A stretch of DNA of 57,448 nt, counting the filler, from Sphacelaria rigidula (Eukaryota): assembly GCA_964200075.2 (NCBI GenBank). It is 4 parts of 4 records of this genome, joined end to end, with 100 filler letters (N's around TTAATTAATTAA, not from the genome) between each part and the next. Parts side by side here need not be neighbours in the genome. Positions count along the whole stretch, not along the records: positions 1 to 14,289 come from CAXNAA020002332.1; 3 more parts are not named here. The stretch is one strand, 5' to 3'. Below, one piece after another: positions 1-13,200 of the stretch. Made by a program: the position numbers and the translations under genes. Within the stretch, counting starts at the first letter, position 1; each line of letters opens with the position of its first letter. Under the pieces are notes generated by a model. It made no database searches. It was not told where the DNA came from and saw only the letters and a list, made by a program, of their open reading frames with translations.

Positions 1-110
1 ATCTTGGCCGGCGCGTGGGCCGGCAAACCTCAACCCGGCCTCCCGGCGGGTCCAGCTCGTGTAGTAGGCGTGCCCCCTCCCCCCCCCCCCCCAACGCTTG
101 CTTGTGTCGA

Positions 111-448
111 TGTGTGTGTTGTCGTCCCATCCATTCTGGACGCCGGCCTACACCTTTCGGTATATGTGGGCGCACCAGCCGGGGTCACACAGGAGGAAGA
201 TCACACAGGAGCTTTTTTTTTTTTTAGTACCCCACCTTCCTTCTGCGGTGTTTGCCTTTATTTCTTTATCGCGAGAGGAATTTAGCAGTCCCTTTGCCTC
301 GTTGATTGTTCAGTCGAATTTTGTGTACCCACGACATGGTCGCTCTCCACTGTTGAGCATGGTGTGAGAAGAAAATAAAAAACAGTTCGCTCCGAGAATT
401 CGAACCCACGACCCAACCGTTAGAAGGTTTCGAAGTTACCGACTGAGT
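111..448 (-). mobile_element. tRNA-derived SINE family 1, copy 1 (5' end eroded)
   Basis: Aligns by eye with the other copies: B-box GGTTCGAATT, shared body and 3' tail ATGGGACGACAACACACA. Confidence 0.85.
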
Positions 449-726
449 AAAACACGTAAAACAGACATCTGCATGCTTCTCGTTCTGTGGGACTCATGGG
501 TTGGCGTGCTTTTGTCATTATTTTCATCGTCTCGTTGTATTGCTTCGTTTTACCCACCGCATGACATCTTGATTCATTTTTCTTTTGGTTGAGCCGTTGA
601 GTGCGATGTCCAGACATCGTTTTCAACGTAGGCCGCATTCCGGGCAAGGTTTGTTCTGCTCGTACCAACTACCCCTCCCCCCCCCATCATGATCATGTGC
701 TGTTTGTTTGCATCCTATTTTGCAAG

Positions 727-867
727 GTGGTGGTCCTTGACACGATCCCCCTCAGTGCGGACTGCGCGAATAACCCCAAGATCATTCAGTTGTCCGTGGC
801 CCACTTGCTGGCACAAGCTGTGTACAACATCCATCACAAGAAGTCCATTTCGGCACTCTTCAAGTAG
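727..867 (+). CDS. PRPS: Ribose-phosphate pyrophosphokinase, terminal exon (upstream exons off the scaffold)
   Basis: After acceptor tgcaag| it reads VVVLDTIPLSADCANNPKIIQLSVAHLLAQAVYNIHHKKSISALFK*, matching the PRPP synthetase C-terminus (VVTNTIP..KI..SVA.LLAEAI..IH...SVS.LF). Confidence 0.9.
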   Translation: MVVLDTIPLSADCANNPKIIQLSVAHLLAQAVYNIHHKKSISALFK

Positions 868-1839
868 AGTCACAATACGCGTGGCGTGTGCGGGGCGGCA
901 CCCAAACGGCTTAACCGAACAAGGAGAGAAGCTGACTCGGGGCTGCGTGGGTGTGGGTGGGTGTGGGTGTGTGTGGGGAGGGAGGGAGTGGAGGAGGAGG
1001 GGCGATTGGTTAGGCCTTGTGCTGGTTTTCGTTTTTCGCTTCTTGTGTTTGATTTTTTCGTGTGTGTTATCTGTTTTGTGGTTGGCAAAAGCATGGCTGG
1101 TTTCAACACCCTTCAACAAAAGTGGCGTCTTTTTTCTTCGTTTGTCTTCGTTATCCCGCTGCTTCACGTGCGGGTAGATGCAGTGACGCGAGTCCTTTTT
1201 TTCTTCGGACGAGGACGAGAAGGCAACAGAATATTGGGAAAAAAAGTTGCGGAAGTCAGGAAAAGGAGTACCGCAGTTATTCGATGTTTGTCTCGTGCTC
1301 TTTGTGGTCGTTTATGCGTTGGGGTTATAGGGCACGGATGCACACGGCTACGTCTAGTCTGTTTGCGCCACGAATGTTGAGATTATGAGGGAGGGTATCT
1401 AAAATGCCCGCGGTATTCGTGTGACGGTTCGAACAATGGGGCCGGGGGCCGGGGGAGTGGGCTATGGCATATACATGGCCGGGGCGGGCGTTTACCGTTG
1501 CAACTTTCGTGGGTTGTCTGAACGTGGCTGATCCCGGGTCAGGGCCGCGCGTGTCGTGTCTTCAATATTTTGCATGTATCGTGGATTGTTCAGACGTGTT
1601 AGAGAGGACGAGGGTGCGATATATTGAACATGGACCGACAGGCGTATAACAGGCGGAGATAAGGGCAGGGAAAATGAGAGGGGGGAGGGGAGGGAGTACG
1701 CGGTTGGGGTTGGGACAGATGGGCTAATGAAGAGGGCAGTTTTGAGTTGTTAGTTGCGGTGTATTCAGGTAATAATTTTTTTGTGTCTGGGTAACTGACA
1801 TAATATCCGTATTAAAGGAGAGTGAAGGGGGGCGCATTT

Positions 1840-2728
1840 CCCGGTCGCTGCCCTCTGGTAGTACACTTTCATATCGAATAAACAAGGCTCCTATTCCGAG
1901 GAGCAGGAGAGTATTGGTCGGGCAGTCAGGCTCTGCTTCTCCGTGAGCACTCCGAATAGATAGTCTTGCACTTGTCAGGCATGGATGGATCCAGCGAGAC
2001 AGCTTGTTGCTCATGATGGAGAGTAGATTGAGTGGCTGCAGAGAATTGGAGTCTGCGGCTCTTTCGGTGACCAGACGGAAAGGTATGGTCACTCGCAATT
2101 TCTGATTGGCGCCCCCGGAGAACATTCATGAGTCTTGCCAACACGACGCCATCCGCCGTCGCCGAGGCAGGAGCACCAACGCGTACATTTATAATGCCGA
2201 GTGATTCCGCGATAGCCCCCCCCCCCCCCCCCCGCCTCCCAAACTGTCACGAAGTGACCATACAGTTCATTACGGCTGTTTCCAGACTGCATCTATATGA
2301 GCGCATGTGCGAAAATGACGCCAACCGTGGGAGTTCCGAGCTGCTACGTGTACTTGGCTTTTGTAATTTTGATTTGCGTGTACATTTCGTCTCCTCACAC
2401 CAGTCACTTCTCTGGGGGGCGCGAGAGGGGTGTACTCATGATTATGCATGCCATAGTCGTGAGACCAATGACCTCGCATCCCTACAACGCCGGGACGGAG
2501 CATGCCGGGTTTTCGCCGGACCAGGCGTTGAAGGTGGTCAGGCCATCCATCTCTCCTGTCGATTAGCAAGTGATGGTGTGCCGTAACCATGCTTTGATTT
2601 CTTCAACGAATCCTTCTCTCGCACCAGGTGTCTGTCTTCTACGCAAAATGTTGGACTTCCTCGGCAACCTTCGCTCGAAGGAGCGTGTCTACAGCGCGAA
2701 GCAGATCCTTACACACGTGCATGCCTAA
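1840..2728 (+). pseudogene. Probable decayed protein kinase gene
   Basis: Kinase-like fragments occur in the correct order but across stops and frameshifts: RCPLVVHF, GMVTRN..PENI, MTPTVGVPSCY, MTSHPY..VVRPSI, LLRKMLDF..R.YSAKQILTH*. Confidence 0.4.
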
Positions 2729-3915
2729 CCCCGGCAAGCTGCCGCGCCGCAGCCTTCAAACTAGTGTTTCTGTTTGTACACCGCTCACTTGATGTGCGAG
2801 TGTTATGGGTGTGAATCCTGACGGGAGTTTCCGGTCTTGATCATTGTCGCCAGAAAAACGTGAGAAATGAGAGCGTTATCGGCAAAGAGGGCTCGAATGA
2901 AGTCCGCGGGCTGCAGGAGTGCTCGTCCAATGGTTGATGAATTGTACGAGGATGAGTACTGGAGGTGGTGGAGGGGAGGCTTCATTCAAGAGATCACAGA
3001 CTCGCGCCTCGAGGAAGGAAGGGTCTGGGACAGTACCGACTAAACTGATGACAAACACGCGCTAAAGCAAGTGCTTGGACGCGCCCTTTGGATGCAGTAT
3101 GCCAACCGCGATCGTTCGTGAAGGCGGATGTATGTGCGGGGTTTTTCATTATTGCTGCGCGCATGGCCCCTCATGGTGAGACATGGCTATTTCAATCTCA
3201 GCGATTTGTCTGGTCAATCTTGGTCCTGTTGAGCTGACGTGAAAGAACGAAGCCTACCTGTTCCCCGCTCACGTATGCCAAGGAGGAAAAAGGTGCTAGT
3301 ACCGGAAAAAATCTGGACATTCATCCATTCAGCGAGGTTATGAGGGTTGACGAAAAGAATGCGCCATATTTACCTTGTCGCGGGAGTTCACATCCATACT
3401 TCGGAGTACAATATAGTATTCATGATAAATCAGGGAGACATGTCGCGTAATTCAGAGAGAAAATGTTCTAATACAGCTGCTAATGATGATAAACTGCAGG
3501 CTTTGACCATACACAGGCACATACCACCGCACCGGCAAACAAATATGATGCAACACTGTCGAAAACGAAACTCGGAAAGGCACACGACAAGTGTTTCGAT
3601 CCAGAAACATATCCAAGACTCCGAAGAGCGAGTCCGGCATCAAAAACAGCAGTCGACCATGACCCCTAACCAAGGAGATCCCTCAAACACGCACTCGAAT
3701 GAAGAGAGGGACGTCGAACACATGGTGAGCAAAACGATCCCTCCCATCCACCTTGTTTGCATCAATCACTTCAAATTTGAGCACTGGCGCCTCATCCTCT
3801 CGGCAACACGTGGACGATAGTCTCAAGGGTACCCCCTCCCCCCTCGATGTCGCGGGGCCTACACGTACGTGGCTTTTTTGTACCCCCAAACATTTGCGCA
3901 GACAGGTCCATGCGG

Positions 3916-6900
3916 TCAGGATGTATCCGCTCCTCCGGGAGTATACTTGGTAAAATCTTTCGTCATCTGTTTCGCGCCTAGGATCTCGACCGAATACCCG
4001 TCGGGGTCGTAGATGAAGGCCTGTCATTATTGAGCAGCAAAAGCCGCGGGAGTTCACGACACGAACGATTGTGGGGATACTGAACGGTGTGAATACATTC
4101 ATACGTGTGCACCCAAACGGTGACAGGTTTGGGTAGAAAGATGTGGTGGAAGTTGACGTCAGCGTAACGCAGCGATCACAGGTGATGCAGGTGAGCCCAT
4201 CTGGACACAAACTGAACTCGCCAAAGGTGCCGCAAACGTGTCAATCTTGCACACGTCGGACAACTCATGAGCTACCTGGATATTACTTCTTATTAGAGTA
4301 CTGATGGGCAATGCTACGGCAGGGGTGCACCTCTTGCGCAAAATCGTGCCTGGTTCAGGGGCTCCTCATGATTGTAGAGGCACAAGAATATGGGTCGGGG
4401 CATCATTGTTTGCAATTTCATTCGCAATACCCCTAGCACATTGAAATAGTGATCCTGGAGTACTCTTAAATATTTCTTATGTCGTGTCAGGATGAGATAA
4501 AGGGCTCCCAATAATTCCAACCTCAGAAAAAATTCGTGCACCCTTACCGTAGCATCACTTTAACCCGGATCACGAGCGAGCTCATTTGGCCACTATTTCC
4601 GTATCAGCTCCCGACAGCGATGGAGGCCGAGCACGCGGTCTAGGGGGAAGGTAACGCTCTGGCTTCTCGGACACTGCTGTTAACTTTTTTTGTATGTTTT
4701 TCTACAGAGGATCTGGGAGTCCTCTCCGACTAGGCATTCCAGGTAGCTCATGAGCTGTCTGACATCTGCAATCTTGACAGCGCCACAGGCGTACCTCAGC
4801 AAAGACGCAGCACACCGGGCAATTGTTGTTCATTCACCCCCCCGTGCGCGCGCCCTTCCGCTTGATGCAAAGTCAACAATATCTAGGGAGGACGTCAAAA
4901 TAGGTGTGAACTGGAGAGCCACACCATCGGGTATACTACACAAGAACCTCACCATGACCATGAAGAACACCGCACTTTACCATGCCAAGCCAGCCAAACC
5001 GTGCCAAATTCAACGAACGTCTCGAGCAACCCAGTACCAAAACATATCCACGCCGCCCCCCATCCTCCAAAATGATAAAAAAAAAAAGAGACACGTGATC
5101 CCCAAATGTTCCTACCCAAAACGTATATGCCTACGGGATCTGTACAAATAAATAAATAACGTTCTTCACGCACCAGGCCCTTCATGTTCCCGCCGTCCGG
5201 GGTCTTGCGGAACTGCACTCCTTCCTTCTCGAACCTCTCACAGGCTTTGTAGACGTCCGGCACCGTGATACCAATGTGTCCGAAGCCTCGCGGGTCGTCG
5301 TTGCCATTGTGGTACTTGACGTTGGGGTCATTCTCCGTCCCCCAGTTGTGCGTCAATTCCACCGCGCCCGGCTGGTGGAAAAAAAAAAAAAAAACGGGGG
5401 AGGGGCGGGGGGGGGAAGTAATTATTTGGCCGGGGTGCGTGTTGAAAAAAAAAAAATGCACAAAAGTGTTTGCCACAAGGCAGCTAGCTCTGCCTGCAAA
5501 GTTTGCCCTTTATCCGTCTCGAGAACGTGAAGTGGCGACGCGATCAACAACACCTGGATGCCTACCGGTACCGAAGGGTTACAGGTTGTAATCTGCTGTG
5601 GGGATCTAAATCAGAGCGCGCAGCGCTCCGCCAACACAGTCGAGTCCGGTCGACACTCCTCCACGACAAACACGCATCATTTTTGTCGAAGCGGTCAGGC
5701 TAGGCCTGGTGTTGAGTCAACCCCGAGAGTCCAGATTCAGGCTCTGCCAACGTACACTAGGATCTGCTGGGTTCACCTACGATTCGCGACTCGTGTCCAG
5801 AACTTTGGGGTGGTTGTTGCGCATCGCTTCAGTAGGAAAAATAAGAAATGGAGGCGGCATCTCTAGTAGAACCTTAATCGGCAGGGAAAATGTTTACTCG
5901 ACTTGATAATATTTCACATATTTTCCTGTCTGCCATACCGAGCGAAGGCCTCCCGCTAGTTGAAAATCAACAGCATCAGGTACAGTTCCGGTATATAGAT
6001 AACAGCGAAATCGTCGATATGAAGATCTAGGTACGGCAAAAACAAAACAAAACAGCCTAGATAAGGTGAATCTGGGACTTTGGTAGTAATACACGGCCCA
6101 AACGGATAGTGAACATATACTCGAATCGTGCCTGTGACACTCGACACAAACACCGAAAACCAACACTCGACAAATGCCACACCATTGTTGCGTACTCTAT
6201 TCGTTATCAACATTCCAAGGAGGTGTCAGGTAGGGTAAATTACCCGGGTATTTATTTTCCCGATTCTTGCGTTGCGATGGTCCGATCTCCAAACTCTACC
6301 GGATATTTGCAGAGTACCTGGGACTTTTCAAAATGCCGCAAATGCGGGAAATACCCTACCCAACAAACTCCTGCAACTTCCCAGCGCGAATGGTCAAACC
6401 TGATTCATTGCCCACTCCATCCGTTCCTTGGGGTCGGACGGGATGTCGGATTCTTCGCAATATCCGACGAAATAGATGCTGAACGTCCACTCCTCGAAGT
6501 GAAGCTCTTGCAGCACCCTGCAAACACGCCAGCAGGCATTCGGCCGGCGGCGGGTGTAGTGGGGTCTCATGGCCTCACGGTCTGTGGCTTCGGGATTGCT
6601 GCATAGGATTAGGGCTTGATATTACAGTAGATACAGGGCTTAGGCCGAAGCTCATAAGACTAGAGCGGCGGGTGCCCAGCGCCAATTTGACATGGGGGTT
6701 TAGTGGATTCGATCCCAACACTGCCTTGGGTGAAGCTTTCCGAATGCTCGAGGTGCCCACTCCACATGATTGCCGTGAGGCGGTTTCGCCGAGCCTCCGT
6801 GTAATCGGCAGACGTATCCGTTCGCAGGGTAAGTGTCGGGTGAGGTTCCCTCCTTCCTTCGAGGGGAACAAAGCAAATTCAGGGCTGAGAACGACGATTA

Positions 6901-9900
6901 CTAGAGCTCGGAAATGGTTTGTTCAACTATTGACCAGTTGAATGGTTACGCGTAGCGCACTCATTAACCAGTAAAATGGCACATGATGGTTTGGTCATCG
7001 AGCGGCGCAGCCGCGAGTCAAAAAGCCCTCACGACCAGAGGGAGGCCCCACCGGAGGCGCCCCCGGAGGGCCCCGCTGGAGGCGCTGTGTCGGAGGTACA
7101 TTTTGACGTGATTTTGGGTCGCTAGAGCTAAAAAATACGTGGAATTTGGGCCAATTTCTAAGGGCTGTATGTAGCCCACGTAGCTGGTAACGGCTTATAA
7201 AGCCGGTAACGGTAAATAATGGTTGAAAACCAATATCCAAAAAATGTACGGTATCGTTACCATTATCGCCATTATAATGATAATGACCAGCTATAACTGG
7301 TACCATTTCCGAGCTCTAACGTTTACTGTAGTGTTCAGAACAACGGGTAGATCTAGACTACGTGGTGATTTGGCTAGGGAGGGGATCTTGCCCTGATCTC
7401 TTGCTGTGAAGCCTTTGAGGATACTTTCATATGCAGAAGTATTTATGGATCGGACTCAGGTCACACGCGCACACGCGCTCACGCACACGCGCACATACAC
7501 AAAGTGCGCGCTGGCGTATAAAAATAAGAGACGAAGATAAGTTTTATGTTACAGTTATGCCCGTGAATGAAGGCCTTACCGACCAAAAATCCGCTGTCAA
7601 CGAAAAAGAAAATAAAAGAGGGGGGATATTGAAGACGTTTTGAAGACGTCATTGACTGGTCGGACCTGTGCCGAACCTGTGCCGAACAGAACACACGCTC
7701 CATCCCACGTTATCTAGGTTGAGTATGCGACAGCTGTAATTCTTTCATCGCATTTTTCTCCAGACAGGAAGCAAACCGGCCTGTGGCACTTCACAGCCTC
7801 CCGCACACACACTAGATCTATTCAGTGTGGCGATGAATTTGCTCAATCCGCTACAGCGGATCCGACAAGCTCCTAAACGTTGAAGAAAACGCGCTTTTCG
7901 TACATTTTGGCGGTTTACAAAGTGCTGCGGGCTCCGCGGCACGCGTTACGGAAATCGGCCACCACACTGGATAGTTCTGGTGTGTAAGAATCGCACGCAT
8001 CAAACCGTAGTCCAATCCTTTGCTTCGTTGCCGAGAAATTTTCGTTGAAAGATGAGCACAACAACACCAGCAGCAGCTTCTATCCTTCTGTTGTTGTAAC
8101 CCTGTGTACAGGTGTACAGCAACGTCAGTCACAGGTTTGTCGTAGGATGTACTATAGCAATAATGCATTTTGTCTGAGCGCCGTCGTCATTTCGAGTGAC
8201 GCGTGTACTTGTGATGGATACTGATTGGCTCATTTAGGTTTCATTTCTTCTGCATTCAACTGACTGTGTAGTTAGTCGGTCCGTTTTTCCTGTATATAGT
8301 GCCCGAAATCGGGCCCCATTCACGAGCGTAACAGTAAAAGTGAATTGTGTTCGGGATCTCTCTATACAGACAACGATTTCAGGGGTTATTCGACTCTTCG
8401 TGGCAAACAGGTATGTGTCCATCTGTCGAGTCGGCATCATCATGCTTACCATGCAAAATAACCTCTTGTTGTTGTTGTTGTTGTTGTTGTTGTAATGGGT
8501 GTTTATCTGTGGGTCGTGTGTAGATTCAGGATTGTGGTGAAAGTGCATCGGTAACAACCGCGCATCTGGTTAGAGCGGGGACGAGTGGTGTCCGACATTT
8601 CTCAAGGCGGAGGGGCAGAGAGGAAGAGAGAATTTTTCACCTTTTGCGGCGAGCACCATCGAACATGGACTTCTGGTGCACAGGGATAAAAGTGTCGCTG
8701 CTACATATCCCGTCGTGCTAGGCCGTACGCAGTTTCCACGATCATCATCTACCGTTCCGAACGTGTGGAAAAAAAAAAGAATTCGGTGACAGAAGCAATC
8801 AGGGGGAAGCGTGATCCGGAATATATGCACATACATGATACTCCACGAAAAACGACCAGAAAATGTTTGCAAGGTACCTGGAAACACTGTTACTGTGGTT
8901 TCAGACGGTGATAGATTGGTCGAATATCTAAATTTTCTTCCAACATATAGCAGAGCGCAACAGGTACATCTGACAGTTTTCAAACTGACGGTTGGTGACG
9001 ATATGAAACTGCCGGTGTCAACCTTCCGCGAAGGACCCTTTACGATGACACTCCATCCACCACCTCCGCCATCGCTAGTCACTTCCACCAAGTAGGGTGG
9101 ATGTACGGTCAACAAAGGTGATGGGGTCTGTGCCCTCGTATCCAGTTGTGAGGAGGCTCACCTCATGCCGAGGATGCGGGTGTAGAAATCCAAACTTTTT
9201 TTCGGGTCCTTGATCCTGGTTGGACAGAGCGGTGAAACAATAACGGGATTTACGCAACACGGACTTAGCGTTAAGGTTTCGCATCGCTCATACAAAACTG
9301 TTACACATGTGGAAAATGACCCTATCGTGTGCACCGCCAGTGGAATACGACAACTACCGCAGGATCCGGTGTTCGAAACACCAACACGTTCCTGAAAAAA
9401 AAACAATTCGTGCATACGCTGTGTGTGTTGTATGTGAAGTATTGAGGTGGACCACGTGTATACGTGGAATACCAATGCATGCTTTACTTATCTCAACCCC
9501 GCGCTCTTGACTACGGTCCTGATAAGAAGGGATGGCTGACCAACGGCTGCACGCTACAGATGGGAGAGCAATATGATCGATTGATCGATTGTCGTACTTT
9601 TACTGACCCCCAAAAGGTCCAGCCGTGGTCTGATGATACACGTACCCAAGAAAAACAATACTGAAACACTCGCTGAAGAAACGAAGGAACAGAATAAACG
9701 TGATGGGTGATATAGAGATATCATTGTTGTGCCCTTGGATTGCTGAGGATCCTACAACACGGTGCCCTTCTGGCTGAGGTTGATATGGTATGCTGTGCTG
9801 CCGTTACAGTGTGGTACGATATTACCCTGTACTGAACTTCGCTGGACCGCGCCGTCACTTACTGCCCTGTCTGCACCGCAATATACTTTGCCACACTGCT

Positions 9901-10203
9901 TCGCCATATAACCTGCATACTGCATACAAAAGCCCTCCATGCAGGCCAGAAGCATCCCTACACAGGTAACTCTCCAACTCTCAGTGTGTGAAGGGCCGGT
10001 CGACAGAATGGCACCGCCAACTTCCCTCGCAATCCTGAGGGAGAAAGGAGTTACTCCTCTGTGGTAGAACACGACTTCTCCGATTTGACTGCATCCATGC
10101 ACAGGCCCCGGCGGTACGACAAGAATCACCTGAGCATTGTTTGCTGCATAATGAAGCCTTTGGTTTCCGGTCCTTGCGTCTTGCACATGAACTCATCAAT
10201 ACC
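3916..10203 (-). CDS. GLO1: Glyoxalase I (lactoylglutathione lyase), multi-exon; start exon uncertain (about 10380-10600)
   Basis: Phase-consistent GT-AG exons: 10203-10130 (..FIMQQTML), 9215-9162 ([17 protein letters not shown]), 6517-6400 (..FSIYFVGY..), 5371-5174 ([37 protein letters not shown]), 4020-3916 ([14 protein letters not shown]). The four metal-ligand positions Q/E/H/E are present. Confidence 0.95.
4239..4779. mobile_element. MITE with ~42-bp terminal inverted repeats, in the last GLO1 intron
   Basis: tgtcaatcttgcacacgtcggacaactcatgagctacctgga (4239-4280) is the near reverse complement of tccaggtagctcatgagctgtctgacatctgcaatcttgaca (4738-4779). Confidence 0.75.
4311..4555. mobile_element. 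~245-bp MITE (family A), nested in the 4239-4779 element
   Basis: TIRs atgctacggcaggggtgcac / gtgcacccttaccgtagcat; a homologous copy in opposite orientation lies at 18265-18510. Confidence 0.85.
6636..6893 (+). mobile_element. Possible third tRNA-derived SINE-like relic
   Basis: D-arm-like GCTC-ATAAGACTA-GAGC, stem GGCG..CGCC and B-box-like GGATTCGATCCC, followed by a GC-rich hairpin body; only one copy in the window. Confidence 0.3.
6902..7318. mobile_element. hAT-type MITE
   Basis: 17-bp TIRs TAGAGCTCGGAAATGGT / ACCATTTCCGAGCTCTA; 8-bp flanks acgattac / acgtttac (7/8 match, TSD). Confidence 0.85.
8467..8492. repeat. (GTT)n microsatellite
   Basis: About 8 tandem GTT units. Confidence 0.95.
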
Positions 10204-13200
10204 CTGCGGTAAAAGCATTAAAAAAAAAAAGTTCTGCCATTGTTGAAGTAAAATATGGGGGATTGGGGAATTCAGATTTACGCTGGCTATTTTGCCACCG
10301 TTCCTTTAATGCACTCTTGAATGTCTCCGTATGTTCCTGGATGATGACGGATATCTCGGGTATTGGGGGGCAAGGTTCTACTGTACATACTTGACCCTGG
10401 TTTCGTCAGGGCAAACTGCAACGCGCGGCAAGCATAACCAACTGTGTGAACGATTTCACCGTATTATTAAGGTGAAGCGCAGAGTATAACTGGCATTTCG
10501 GGGGTAAAAAAGAGTTGACACGGGACGACACGGGGCAGAATCTCTCGTTGCTTTAGTGTTGACCACCCCGCCTGGCGTGGACCAACTCCATGGTGTTGCC
10601 AGAGACTACCGCTCTCGTACGGTACTACACCGCTTCCCACGTCAGTAGCGTGCTGTCGCGCAGAAGATTTGGTGGGTTGACATAAAGCTTGTCAAGTGAA
10701 CAACTTGATAGATGTCCGACGGAGTATGAAAACACCGCGTCAAAACTAGCATTTCACTCGACTTTTAGCAAGGAACCGTGCCCACCTGTATTGACACCGA
10801 ACACACGGAGCTCCGGCCCTACGCAGTTTATTGGGGGCAAGAAATAACACACGCGTGATCGATGGATCACGACCAATCCCTTGCAAAGGGTTTGCATGAA
10901 GTTCGACGGGACTGCATCCGTGCCACAAATGAAATGGCCCAGACGTCAACGTGAGTACGTGACTCGGCTTCGAAACAACCCGTATCCAACACTGACTGTA
11001 CAGTGCAGTGTCGTGCTGTGTCGTGCAGGATTTCAAGCACGACGAGGAGGCATCGATCGACAGAGTGCAAATTGCAGACAAGTACAAAAACGGTGTGAAA
11101 ACTGCTCTACTTTTGTCGTGAAAAAGCAAAAATAAATGACATATACGTCGTACGATACCCCAAAGAGCCGACTTGCGAGCTAAACCCACATGCTACGAGA
11201 AACGCCGTGCTTATTATTTTCCTTTGGTGTGCCGCCGCGACCCGGTGGTCTGAATTAAAATGATACAAATGGAAATGATTACTTGGGACAAACGCGGGTG
11301 CGAATCCCGACGGATGCATCCGGGTTGTTTCAAATGACCAAGTATCAACCATATGATTTTACGTCGTTGAAAGCGTGATGACGTCAGCAGCAAATATATT
11401 TTAATTGGCAAGAGTCGACGCTGCGCGAGAGAGATAAATCCATGCTACGATAAGAGGGGGGGGGTTCGGTTCCACGATGAAAAATGACTCATAGGTGTGT
11501 CAGACGTCCTACAACAACACACTCGCCGTGCGCTCGTGTTTCGGTAAAAACGCGGTAAGTAGTATGAATGAGTGTATTTATCGTCAAAAAGCGAGTTCGA
11601 ACAACCGTTACCACTTTCACCGACGATTTGAAGTGAAATTTCGTGGAAGAAATGACTCAAAATATCCATTCCAGTATCTGAAGCGCGAACGCACAACCCC
11701 AACAGGATACGTGTACACCTTGCTCCGTCAACGGGTGCTGCTGCATGGCAAGCAGTAGACCTCGAGGGGCGTAGGTGTGGTTCTGTGGGTATCCAAGCTT
11801 CAGGTTTCGAGTCGTACCACTCGATCGCTGCAAAACCGCCATCGTCCCGACCGTGTTTACGCACGCCTGCCCGTTCGTTTCCTTGCGACCATCGAAGGGT
11901 AGCAGTCCTTCCGATTGTTGAAAAACTGATGGCCAAAAAGAGTGACTATTGATATCGAAGTCCTATGACCCGCCAGTTGAAGTTCTGTCGGAATTTACGT
12001 CGAACGCTAGTTGGGAAGACAATTGCCCCCCAAATTTGGGCCAGGGCATGACCGGATTTCTGCGGATATTTCTACCAGAGATCTCGCACACATGTCCTGC
12101 CTATCCGTGTATGATGGGTGGGTTCTTGTTTGCGCATTTTTGGCCTCACGAGAGATACAAAAAGTAAAATCTCTGGCAAGTACGTAATGCGCAGCTGTGA
12201 TTCCAGTCTGTGCACAGGTGCATATCTCTTTGTATCATCATCCACAGGGTGTGCAAGGGCAGGTGCATGGCGACATGTAGTCCCTCCTCGTGACTGCTGG
12301 TTGCTTTATTAGTATGCCGTTGCTCGGGTTTCCCTCTTATCCGAGTTCTTCTTGTCGGTGATGTATTTCTTTCAGCGTCGGGAGAGTACCGCCGGCAAGG
12401 CACGCAGGAGCAATGCAGTGAGACAGAGGAGTGATGTCTTTGCTTTCTTTCGGGAATCTTTCATCTTTCGATCGCAGGTTCGACTAAAGGCTTGATGCGA
12501 TGGTGGGGGGAAAACCGATGCGATATATGACTTGATATAATTTTCGACGGGGAAGGCGTCACCCCGTCGAAAACAAAACTCCAGAGTGTCCCTCAAAACA
12601 GACGTGACGTCTGCACATTACAATGCAGTTCCACCGAGTACCATAAATGTATCCGCAACGGCTTCTGCGCCAAAGAAGTTATGACTCCCTAACAATGAGA
12701 TCAGTAACTCTGGGGTTCGATGAGTGAGAAGAAGCAACGCCCATGCGCAGACCGACCGCGGGGATGGTCAGTATCGCGGCGAAGGTGTTTCTTCCAGTGG
12801 CGGCTCTTCAAAGAAACTGACCTCGGGTCTGCCGGGGGGCATGTTCGCCAGGCTCGGTAGCCGCTGCCGCCTCGCCCCAGCCACTCCATCATTATTACCA
12901 ATTCCAGAAGCGCCACGTGCGGCGATGAAGGAGGGGCGGAACGCCGTGGCTGACGCAAAAAGCAGGGCTGATTTTGGCGGCATGGGGGACGGTGGCGAGC
13001 AGACATTTCGGAACAATAACGCTGGTTGTACTTGTTATTTGTGGTGTACCTACCACCTGCGCTGATTATCCCGTCTGTACCGCCGTCGGCCTTGGCTCCA
13101 CTTGCCGACATATAGGCTTGCAGGGAGTCCATGCGCCTATTCAGTGGCTTGGAGGGAGTCTATGCACCTACTCAGTGGCGGGAAACGAGCCCGGTGGTGC

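Noticed and set aside
4..367. Recurrent short ORFs such as [29 protein letters not shown] as a gene family
   Set aside because: They are antisense translations of SINE family 1 and are frameshifted between copies.
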